Assembly (NCBI GenBank): GCA_900088475.1
Contig: FLMG01003894.1
Location: 10,270 to 74,269, forward strand
Source: Hyphochytrium catenoides
Taxonomy: Eukaryota; Protista; Hyphochytriomycota
DNA length: 64,000 nt
Direction of reading: 5' to 3'
Part shown: positions 38,644-49,509 of the stretch, one piece after another
How positions within the stretch are numbered: the first letter of the stretch is position 1
Layout of the letters: every line of letters begins with the position of its first letter
Notes under the pieces: generated by a model
The model's database searches: none
What the model was told of the DNA's origin: nothing
The model's input: only the letters and a program-made list of their open reading frames with translations
Made by a program: the position numbers and the translations under genes

Positions 38644-39790
38644 TCTTTTTCTCTTTGTGAGCCGCGGCAGACCCTCTCCGGCGTCCAATTGTGAATCTCT
38701 GTCTGCAGCTTGTCCTGCCCGGGCTGGGAGCTGAGGACCTCTTCCCGGCCCAACCCTGCCGCTGCTGAGCAGCTGAGGAGGCCCAGCAACTGGCTCTCTA
38801 GACGTCACTCTCGGTCGTTCCTCTCTCTCTCTCTCTCTGCTGTCGCTTTCCCCCGATTCTTCACCTCTCTCTCTCTCCTCCCCCTCCTCTCTTCTCCCTG
38901 GTGCTATGAAGCTCTCTCATGATGCTTGACCAAGGAACGAACTTAACGCGCCACTACCGAAGCTCACTTGCCCAAAGACTAGAAGTAAGGCCTTTGGTGC
39001 TTTGCCCTTTGCCCTTGCCTATCATAGGAAGGAACTTTTAGAACGAAAAATGAAATATCAGGTCTTGCACCCGAGAATAAGATCTCAGCCGAAAGTAATG
39101 CACGAGGCGCATTGCTTCCTTTTCCCTCTTCAGGGCCTTCTGGGGCCCTTCTGCCGCCTGTGCCGAGCATCTCATCAGATCATCATCTATGTGATTGAAT
39201 ATATTTCCCTGTAGCTCAGAAGACCTCAGACTCTGGGGTATTGTAGAGTTTCTGAGCCTATTCTGCTCATATAGAGCTTGTGTTTCGTGACAGAGCTTGA
39301 CAGCTCTGAGCTTATCTTTCTCTGCAATTCTATCTTTGCTTTCACATCTCAGTCCCGTCCCACACCGCCAACTCACTGCCTAACGCGGATCACTTCTGTC
39401 TCTCAGCTACTTCGCAGCCTCTATCCAGCGGAAAGATGCTGGCCTTTCTTACGTAAGCGAGACAGAAAGGTGAAGGACAGGTCTGTAAAGAGAGAGAGAG
39501 AGAGAGAGAGTCAGGTTTGCAGAGACAGACACAAAGAGAGCGAGAGCAAGAGAGAGGAGAGACGAGAAGAGAGAGAAGCACAGCGTGAGAACAAGAGCGG
39601 CACTAGACAGACCTCGGCATTTGTTACACTTAAGCGCTAATAAATGCTAGGCTTGACCCCTCTAAACTAATCAACAGAGCCCGGACTTCATGTTGAAGCA
39701 GAACAGACCACGGCAACATCTGCTCCAAGGCGGGAGGGAGGCCATAGACCTCCACAGAGAGGCAGCAACAATGCTCAGCAGCCTGAGACT

Positions 39791-42064
39791 TCACTGCTTC
39801 TTTTCGCCCTTACTTCCAGCCTTCTTGAAGCGATTCGCAATGCTTTTGCGGAACTTTTTGTCCTCCGAGACCTTCATCGCCATCACGAACAAAATCAGGA
39901 AGGCGGAGCCGCCTAGTGTTGCCAAGCCCACGTAAATCATCGTGGAGTCCTCCGCCAGCTGAGTCACTGAGTAGGCAGGGGCAACGTGATGTTAGCACAT
40001 TGAGCTTAGACGAGAAGTAGAGAGTGAGGGAGACAACAGAAGCAAGTCAAAGATAATCTGGGAGAGAAAAAAGAAAGTCGCAGAGAGTGATAGTAGCGGG
40101 ACGAGATGGCCTAGGACCTGTGTCTCGGCCGACAATTAGCCTGGTTCCAGCGTAGGGCATAATGAAGTCGTCTCCCTTCCTGACCAGCACATTGATATAG
40201 AAAACATCGCCCTACAAGGCCAAGAGGGAAAAAATAGGACCGGCAGACGGGACCAGGGCGAGTGAGGGCTAATCGTTCAACAGCGTAACGGACAGACAAA
40301 GCATTACCGCCCCAAAGGTCATTGTCCTGCGGATGGCTTCAGCGCTGGGATTGATCTCTTCCCATCCCTGGAATTTGCTGACGTTCAAGTTCTGCATGAG
40401 GCCGCACGTGGTCCAGAGAATGCACTGTGTGTTATTCTGCAACCAGCAGACCGTGAGATGAGGATACTTGGCTTACGAATAAGCGGCTAGGACGGGGTGG
40501 GAAAGAGGTCGAGGAGAACCAGGACAGCTGCAAGCGCCCAGGACAGGTCGGAGTCTAGGTCGGCACAGGAAATGGAACGAGAGTTTGAGGGCGAAAGGAG
40601 AGGAACAGGGTCGGACCTTGACCACTGCTAAGTCCGTAGAGGCATTGTGATAGCAAGGATGCTCTGGATCTTTGGGTATGGAGTAGGCAACCAGATGGTA
40701 CTCAAAGGCCCCGCCGGAGACGGTATTCCAGTAGACATCCACGGTCTCATTGTTCACTTGCTCAGCCCACACCGTGCGATTCTCAGGAAGCGGAGGGACT
40801 TGGGCTGCAGTTGCCAATCATTAGTGCTGTCCAGCCAGAAGGACATCAAGAGGACTAGCAGGTAGGTCCTTAACCCCCAAAGAAAAGAGGAAAAAGCCTC
40901 AAAATGAGAGAGCGACAGGTACACGAAGGTAGCCATCACCTTCAGCCGTAGGGATAAACAGCTGGACCGAGTAGTTTGCTTTGGTTGAGGAGTTGACAAC
41001 CAGATACTGCTCACTGAGAGGAGAAGGAGAAACAGAGTTCATGAGAAACCTTGCCAGATCCGATAGAGCTGGGAAGGAAAGCGACCTCACCTATACTTCA
41101 TCGGCAGAGTGATGACGTTCAAGTCTCCAGCTAAGGTAAGAGAGAGAAAGAGAGCGGGCAACAGGACAGAACAGCGGGGACTGGTGAGGCTGGCTTTCCA
41201 TGTGAATGGCCATTGAAGGGCTTACTAGGCAAGAATATGGCAGCAATGGAAGGCAATTGGATAGAACCAGGCAGATGGACAGAAAGATGAAGGGAAGAGG
41301 CATCTTTGCCAGAGCAATGAGGACGCCATAAAGGGACCAGCTTTGTGGCAGAGACGATCTAGGGGTAGGAAGAAGGTGCTAAAAAGACAGGCTCTATAAA
41401 TCGAAAGCGTGGGAGAGAAGAAGAAAGGTTCACGCCGCCCTCGCTCACCGTTGGCAGGGTCGGAGGTGAATGACTTGAGGATGTTGTGGGACTGATAGAA
41501 GCCAAACTTGAGGTCGAGCAGCACGTCTCCGCCGCAGGGACTGACGATGAAGCTGATGTTGGGAGTGCCGTGATGGATCAGCGAGTAATCGTCCAGCAGC
41601 CAGTGAAAGTTTCGGATCGCGCGGTCGCCCTCTCCCTCCGTGCTGTTGGCCGTCGTAGTCTCATTCACCTTCATTCAAAGCGAGGGCGGGCTTAGGAGTA
41701 TTATACAGGGTGAGGAGATAGGCAAACTGTCCTGCTTATCCTCCAGCTTACTCTAAGATATCACTGGACAGCGTAGATAGTGAGAAAGAGAGGAATGAGG
41801 AGACGGAGGCGGAGGAGCGAGGAAGGTAGGGAGAGAAGAAAGTTCCGGGCTCCGTACCATGATGGGCGCTGTGTTCTTGTACAGGCAGTCACACTTGGGA
41901 TAGGCGAACACCTCGCCGTTCAGCTCGTAGCTACAGCAGGGAGGGACGGCCGCCGCGGCCCTGAAAGTCAGGCAAAGCACCAGAAGCAAGAGGACAGGTC
42001 GGTATGACCTGCCCCTTGCCGCCTGGGAGCCCATGCACCTGGCAGGGACTAGCAGGGATCTCAT
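39791..42064 (-). CDS. Predicted type-I membrane glycoprotein: signal peptide, Cys-containing beta-rich ectodomain, C-terminal TM and basic tail; about 8 exons
   Basis: Signal-like VLLLLVLCLTFRAAAA, several N-x-S/T sites, SPCGG, VDVYW, WTTCGL, FYINVLV. Ends with IYVGLATLGGSAFLILFVMAM followed by KVSEDKKFRK...KKQ*. Confidence 0.7.
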
Positions 42065-42779
42065 CCGTCAAACCCTCTTATTACCAGCGGGGACGCCGAG
42101 CCCTCAAAGGTACAAGCCACCGTTAGTCACTGGCCACTAAGCCTCTGAACAGTCCCAAGATCGGTCAGGAGCGAGTACCAATGCCTAGAGGAAAGCTTGG
42201 TGAGAAATGCTCTTGTCCGTCGCCCCCTCTCAAGACGGAAGTATAGCCTCTTTCCTGCTGCCTTTCTCCCCCTCCTAGTCACTCTCAGTTCTGCTCTCTC
42301 TTGCTCTCTTACTCGTTTGTCTGTTCTGGGACGCGGCTGTGCAGATGTGGCTCCTCACCCACGATAAGGTGTCGAAGGGAACAGGAAGGATAGGACAGTG
42401 GAGGAAGCTTTCGAAGAAGGATAAGGGACGCTCTCAACCGCCCTCACATTGCACTTCCCTCTCCTTCCTCCTTCTCTTGTTGCTCTCCCGGCTGCTGCTG
42501 CTCCTGCTGCCCTTTCTCAACGCTGTGTCTCTATCTCCTCACTCCTCACAATCCCTTCTCCTGATTGAGCTCCTCTCTTCTCCCTTCTCGGATCAAGCGC
42601 CAACTCCCTCATGAAAACAATCTGTGACCTTTGACAGCACCCTACCAGGCAGGCCGTTAGCGACTCTAGGGCAGGCGTTGTCTGAGGCCAACCAAACCTT
42701 TGAAAGGACGCTTTTGTCGCTGTCACGGCCCCTGCCTCCCTTCCCCTCCGTTGCCCTCAGCAGTACGAGCTAGAGCGTT

Positions 42780-45700
42780 ATAATGACCAGAGAGCGGCGA
42801 CAGCAGTCCTCGCTCCTCCCATCAACCATAAGGAGGCCTGCTTCTTCTGGCTCTGCTTACAGCTGGTACCTGAGCTGGCTGATGGATCCGAGGAAGGAAG
42901 CTGAGCGAAGGGAAGCTGTTCGACAAAGGATCTCTAGGGACGCAAACATATACTTGCGAGGGAAAGGGACCAGCAACAACAAGGCTCCTCCAGAAAGAGA
43001 GATAAGTCCAGGGACATATGCAAGCCTGCCAAGAGACAGGACATTGGGCCAAGGACTGCCCTCTCGGGAAGGCCGAAGCTAAGGAGAGAAGAGTAGAGAA
43101 GGAAAAGAAGGAGGAGGTGAGAAATGCCTGCAAAAGCGAAAGATGGTCAGGAAGGTCGTGCTTTGATGGCCAATTCGACTAGCTCTCGGACGGGAGCACC
43201 TACCATGTCTGCACCACATTAGGATGAATGCGGTCTGTTCAGAACCTGGTCCACGCCATTGTAATCTAGGGCATAGCGGGCACCAGTGTTACGGCACTCG
43301 CGAAGGGAACAGTTCTTCTCTCCGTCATCGTTTGATGGCAAGGCGGCTCCCTTGAAGGTTAGGGATGTGCTTTACCTCCCTAATGCCTCCCACAAGTTTG
43401 AAGTCCATATCCACATGCGTGGACTCTGGGGCAGAGCTACTGCTCAACAGAGAGACCAGAGTCCTTCCAGGGCCTTGACCTAAGGAGGTCCTCTGGACAG
43501 CGGATGCCGCAAACGGGGTCTGTGCAGTGAATGGAACGACCACTACCCTACAAAGTCTTCTTAAGGACCTTGAGAAAGCAGGTGTTGCCTAACCTTCAAG
43601 GGCGGATCAAACCTGCGACTTCAACGAGTGCCACCTCTTCCTCACTTCAGCAATCGCATGATGTCTAGGCCATTTAGGAGAAGCAAGACTCAGACAGGTA
43701 GTGGCCCTAGCTAATGGGATTCATCCCAAAGAGGTCGATAGAAAGCTTGCCGACTGTGTAGAGTGCGCTGAAGATAAGCGTACACAAACTTCTTTTCCTC
43801 TAGGTGAAGCTAACCGAGCGTCTGAACCGCTGGGCCTCGTGCATGCTGATAAGGTGCAGGTAGAGGCGAAGACGCATCAGGGAGCGCGCTATGCTGTCAT
43901 CTACAATGATGACAAGAGCAGGTACAAGAAGGGATATCTGTTGAAAGCCAATGCTGACCAGCCAGCAGCCTACCAAAAGTACCTTGCTGACTGCAAAGGA
44001 ACCCATGGGAAAGTTGCTCTTACTCTCCACAGTGACAACGGCGTTGAGTTTATCAACGAGAGATCTGTAACTTCAATCTGCAGGAGAGCATCGACCACAT
44101 CACTACTACGTCATACACTCCACAACAAACAGAACGGGGTAGCAGAGAGAGGCAATGGGCCTTTCATGGAAATGGTAAGAGCCATGCTGCTCGCAGCAGG
44201 TCTTCTAAAGTTCTTTCCTGGAGAGGCGCTGCAAGTGGCAATCTACCTTTCAAACCGCCTCCCAACCAAAGCTGTCCAAGGAAAGGTGCTTTATGAGGCC
44301 TTCCATGGACGGAAATCTTCCCTTCGTCATATCAGGACTTCTGGCTATCCTGGGTTATGGTACGCCAGAAGAAGGCGTACAGACTTCTAAGGTTGGATTT
44401 ATCGCGAGATGATACTCTCACGAAACGTGCGGTTCTTCGAGGACATCTTTCCTTACAAAAATAGCCTTCTTCAGCCAGACGAAGACGACCGGGCTGTGGG
44501 TGCAGCTACTGAGGATGGAGTACTTGAGTTAGCAGCTGGTGACAATGGGAGTGTAGAGGATAGCGACGGTGATTAAGTACCAGTCGAGGAGGAGGTTCAG
44601 TTGGATCTATTGACTGGCAGATAGCTCTCCAGCAGGAAGAAGGTAAGTTAGACCGGGACGGGAGAGGCGTAACCTGACAGGCCATTTATGGTGTTTTCCC
44701 TCGTGGCAACAACTGACCCTACGCAGATACCCGTGGTTGAGTCTCAGACCTACAAGAAGGCCCTAGCGTCACCTCAGACGGAGGAACGGTTAGAGGCTAT
44801 GGCGTCTGAGATGAACTCACTACCTGAGAACAACACATGGGAGTAGCTAGCAGAGTCCACGTCAGTGGAACAAAGAAGTGGATCTGACTCTTGTACCTAC
44901 TACAAGAGAAGGATCTTCTCGCAGAATGCAGTACCAAGAAAGTCAGATCCACTTCTTTGTTCCACTGACGTGGACTCTGCTTAGGACCATAGATAGACCT
45001 CAGCAGGTCGCAGACAAGCTTGGGTTGACCTGGGTCTGTAAGCCCCTCCGTCCACCACAAAGATCTCCTCATCAAGCTTGTCATAGCGAAAAGCCGTAGC
45101 AACATCTAATTGCTTGACCGAGTAACCTTCATTAGCACCCTCAAACATTTTCTCGGTATAGACTTCCAGTGTGAGAGGGAGGGCGCGTCTTGGTCATGGT
45201 ACAGACCAGCTACATTGAGCGTTTGCTGTCTTCGTTTGGCATGAGTGATGCTTAAGAAGCGGCCATCCCTCTTCAAGCAGGAATACATCTCAGAAAGGTA
45301 GGAAAAGGCCAGTCTCACTTTGGAGGAAGAGGTAAAAATGGCTAGGCCTTCCTATCGGAGTCTTCTTGGGTCTCTTATGTTTCTGGTCACTTGCACTCGT
45401 CCGGCCTCAGCCTTTGCAGTTGGTCTTCTCTGTCGTTTTCTTGGTCAACCTGGTCCAGAGCACTGGGAACCACGCAAATAGGTGCCTAGTTACCTGAAGA
45501 AGACTAAAGACTTAGGTCTTCTACTTGGCTCGTCCCAATCCCTCTAATACCGCTACCTCACCTATTACTGGTAGTGCCCTCCCTCTTCCCCTTTAAGGGT
45601 TATGGTGATGCCGATTGGGTTGGAGACCTTGCCAGTAGAAAATCCACTACTGGTCTAGTGGTTCATTTGGCACACACTCTCTTGAAGGGAGGCAGAGCCC

Positions 45701-45990
45701 ATCGCTCTGAAGGACGTGATTAAGAAGTCATTTGGCTCCAGCTCTTGGTCTCAGAAACTTCAGAAAGTGAGTCTTCTGATGGTTCTCATACCACTCTCTA
45801 CAGCGATAGCGCTAATGCTATCAGGTTGGTTCTTTATTAAACCTTTGTGCACCTCGATGTGCACTGTGGGCTATCACTTTTGTGAAGGAGAGATTGGAGA
45901 TGCATGGCTTGGACTTGAAGCATTGCCCGACCAATGGGATGGTGGCAGACCTTCTAACTAAGCCTCTGGCACGATGTATGTTGGTTGGAA
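42780..45990 (+). mobile_element. Degenerate Ty1/copia LTR retrotransposon (protease-integrase-RT-RNase H order) with stops, frameshifts and an internal inversion
   Basis: Decayed protease-region motif (SDGSTYHVC, RDVLYLP), LGH pre-integrase, integrase LVHAD..HSDNGVEF..QNGVAER..MVRAML..NRLPT, RT FLGIDF / YRSLLGSLMFLVTCTRP, RNase H GYGDADWVGDLASRKSTTG. LTRs not identified, so ends are approximate. Confidence 0.9.
44849..44981. repeat. 41-bp perfect inverted repeat at the edge of the inverted RT segment
   Basis: agcagagtccacgtcagtggaacaaagaagtggatctgact at 44849-44889 and its exact reverse complement at 44941-44981. Confidence 0.95.
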
Positions 45991-46189
45991 TTGGGGATGC
46001 AGCTGATCCTCCCCTTAATGGTGTACCGGGTGGTTAACGATTAAGGAGATCCGGTGGGAACGTCAGAGGACTGTAGCGATACCTTGACGGAGTATGCAGA
46101 TTGTCGTCTGATTCGCGGAGTCTTTGTCTCACCCACCCGTTATAGCAGAGGGAGGAGGTTGAGCTGTATCCACGATTCCAATTAACCTA

Positions 46190-46480
46190 CTACCTCTCAG
46201 CTAAACCGAGGCTCCACTGTCGTTGAGAGATGGGACTAAGCTGCTTAGCCACAGTCTCAAACGGGGCTCGCCCCAGAGGCTTAGTAAATATATCTGCCAC
46301 CATCCCATTGGTCGTGCAGTGCTTCAAGTCCAAGCAATGCATCTCCAGTCTCTCCTTCACAAAGTGATAGCGCACATCGAGAGTTTGTACCGCGAGTGAC
46401 ATTCCCTTCCTACACCTCCAGCACTCTGACCCGGGCCTGCCCACTGATTGTAGAAGAAGTCACAGGAGGGACAGTGGGTG
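46190..46480 (-). mobile_element. Second copia fragment (RNase H C-terminus) in opposite orientation
   Basis: LDVRYHFVKERLEMHCLDLKHCTTNGMVADIFTKPLGRAPFE is the canonical copia Pol C-terminus. Its nucleotide sequence resembles 45853-45969. Confidence 0.88.
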
Positions 46481-47068
46481 GCGATGACCGTCTTCTCTCC
46501 AGTGCTGCTCTTGTTTCCAAGGCAGGGTCCGCTCCCACTCATCTCTTCAGCTCTTGGCGAATAAAGGCACCGGAGAGAGCTAAGGAGCAAAAGAAAGAGA
46601 AGTTATCTTATGGAAGCAAAGCGCCACCTGGTGCATCAGCGCTGCTGCTGTACATCTTTTTACAATAGGGCCTCTGCCCTTCAGCCTAAGCTTCTTCTGT
46701 TGACCTATTTCCACTCGGCGCTAATCCTCGGTCGCCTCCCAGAGAGACAGAGAGATGGTTGACACTAGAGAAATAGTGAAGCTGGTCAACCCGATAGCAG
46801 AGTATCTGCCACGGGCAGCTCAGCAGCAAAGGAGCCGGTCCCAACGCGGCAACATATTAACCTTGAGAAAGAATCTGATGACAGCATAAGAGTGAGATGA
46901 GGAAGACACTAAGCAAGTCGTTGGAAAGCTAGGGAGAGAGACTAGAGAAACGGCTAAGTCTCCAGGGGTTCCCATGCGGGCACCCAATCCCATGCGGACA
47001 ACCCCTTCCACGGCGGAACGGTAGCGTTGCGGCATCTTGGTTCAAGGCCCTAATTCTGAACAGTTCCC

Positions 47069-49509
47069 TCAACAGGAATGCAGAAGGGACGTGGCGTGGG
47101 CTCCTCCTAACCACTCGTTCGCCATGACGACGGGCACCCAGCGGCGGAGTGAAGTCAGAAGCTCTTGGCCCGGTCGACCCTCAAACCTGTTCGCCATCAG
47201 GTCAAGGAATTGCAGAGGAAACCGTGAGGTTGAGGTGTTAGTGCCACAGTTGTTTCTGACCACAGGCCTCTCCAACGACAACCTGCGTCGCTTTGTCAGC
47301 GGGGACCGTTGCTCTGCATTTCTACTCTGAGAGCCTTTCTGCGGCCAGCCCTCCACCAACCTGACGAGAAGAGATAGTGTGCTGGTTGTGAGCTCGCATC
47401 GCGCCAAGTGGAGAGACTGCAGCCTAAACATGTCTTGGCGGTAGGACAGGAGCTTGGCGACTCCAGCGTCTCCAATTAGGTTCCAGCTGAGGTCCAGTTC
47501 CTGTAAGGCCCCGTGAGCATGGAAGGCTTCTACAAGGTCCTGCTGAAAGCTCTCTTCTCTAAGCCCTGTTCTTCTCATGATCAACCGTTGAAGTCGGACA
47601 TTTTTCCGTAACAGCAAGGCTAAGGCTTCTGGCAGACATGACTCGCCAAGGGGATTATAGCTCACGTCCACGCTGGTCAAGGTTGTGAATGATTCTGCGA
47701 CGGCGAGAAGGCCAGGACTGCCCATAGTGAGGCCAGAGAGATCCAGGACAGCAATTGGGGGTGCCCCTTCTCCTGCGGCCCGAACCGCCTCCGCGAGCCT
47801 GGTAATTTCAGGTGTACCAAGGTGGTGGATATTAGAGAGGCTTAGAGACGTCAAAAATCGGAGGTGCCCTCGCTCCATGGCTCGGAATAGTCCGCCACCC
47901 CCGTCGGCCAGGTGCTGGGTGCTGGTGAGATCAAGTGCACGGAGTGTGAGAGGGCCAGGTCGCTGTTTGCCACTCAAACCTAGCACTTCCAGCATCTCTC
48001 CATGGACCTCCTCTAGTCCCACCAGCCTTAGCGACTGGAATTTGCTATTCTTTCTCATTCCAATATTCCAAAGTTGAAGCTCATTAACTCCGAAGAGCTG
48101 CACGTGGAAGAGTGTGAGGCGGTAGAGTCCTGGGAGAAGCCGTGTGAGGAAGGTCTTCACCCAGGCCTTGGGTTCGTTATCTGCCTCACTCCCTCCTTGG
48201 GTGCTCACCATAGAGTGCCCACGCTCATCGGCGATACTCAGCGCCAATATGGGGCAGTTTGAGGCATTCGAAGTGAGCTCTGAGATAATAAAGCCGGTCA
48301 ATTGTGATGTGTGATAGCCATAGGTGATGGCAGAGCACAGAGGGAGAAGAAAGACGTAACCTAAAGGTGAAAAGGTGGAATACCTTCTTAAGGTACAATC
48401 AGACCTTAAACAGCACGAGCGAGGGAAACCGCAGTATCGAGTAAGAGGAAGAACAGAGACGCCGCAGCCTCAACCTCACCTCCGGCCTCTGAGTGCCCCT
48501 TCGGTCCTCGACTTGTGAGTGCGTTCATAACATCCCTCATGTAGATCTCAGACCCAAGGTCCACGCAGACCTCCGACAGCTTCGGAAGGTCGTGAATAAG
48601 ATCTATGACTCGGGCGAGGGAGGTGGCGTATCCCCCCAATTCTGGCGGCGTCCAGCAGGCGCCTGCATGCGTGAGCTTTATCGTCCGCAGGGAGTGAAGC
48701 TCGGCCAGTGAGGGCAGCTTTGAACGCCAGTTAACCAAGCTTTCGACCCTGACAGTCAGGGTCCAGAGAACTCCAGAGAGGACCATACGAAAGACTCGTG
48801 GCTCCAGATTTCTGAGGAGACCTGCCCCCATTGCTGCTCCAGTGCTGCGCCTCTCTCTCAGTTCCCCCGCCATCAGCAGCCGCCAAAACCATTCACGGCG
48901 GCTTTCCTCCCGCCGCCATCCGACAATTGTATTGCTGTCACTTAGTCGCTGGTAGTGCTGAACGCTAGGCGTAGACAGAGAAAGCAGATTCGGTAGGGGC
49001 TCAGAATGAGAAGGTAGGTAACACGGAAGAAGAATCCCCAAGAAAGAGACGAGGTAACAGCAGCAGAACTCTTACCATGGAGGGAACATGCCACTCCGCC
49101 GACCTTGCGTCTCCCACGCTCCGGCTAGCAACGGATAATCTTCATCTAAGACCTGCAAGGCTTGTGCAGTCGCCTCCTCAGCCAGATCGGCAGCGTCTGA
49201 GATGACTGGTTTGAGCTCATCGTCCTCTTCTACTCTTCTCTTTCTATGGGCGACTTTGTCAACCCCATTTGGTCCCAACGAGATGAGGAAGCTTTCTAGG
49301 AGGCGCAAAGAGACGGCGTCCAGGCAGTCAACTATACATGATAGCAGATCTGGCAAGGCGCAGATTGAGAGGAAGGCTGGGTCCCTTTGGCTGCTCGCCT
49401 TCTTCTCTCCAGATACTGACGCAAAGCGCGAGGACATCACTGCCGGCAATTTCCTATCCTTCTTTTCATTGAGACCTTGCTTCTCGCCATGGCCCTCTTC
49501 CCGAGGCAT
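47069..49509 (-). CDS. Leucine-rich repeat protein (RNI-like LRRs, F-box-like N-terminal segment), 3 exons
   Basis: ALPDLLSCIVDCLD (F-box-like); LRALDLT, LTSLSLSN, LTSVDVSYNPLG, LQELDLSWNLIGDAG, LQSLHLARCEL. GT-AG joins at about 49075 and 48478. Start uncertain. Confidence 0.75.

Noticed and set aside
38979-39640. Several 60-120 aa ORFs between the DegT-like gene and the membrane-protein gene
   Set aside because: No motifs or convincing splice structure; probably UTR or intergenic sequence.
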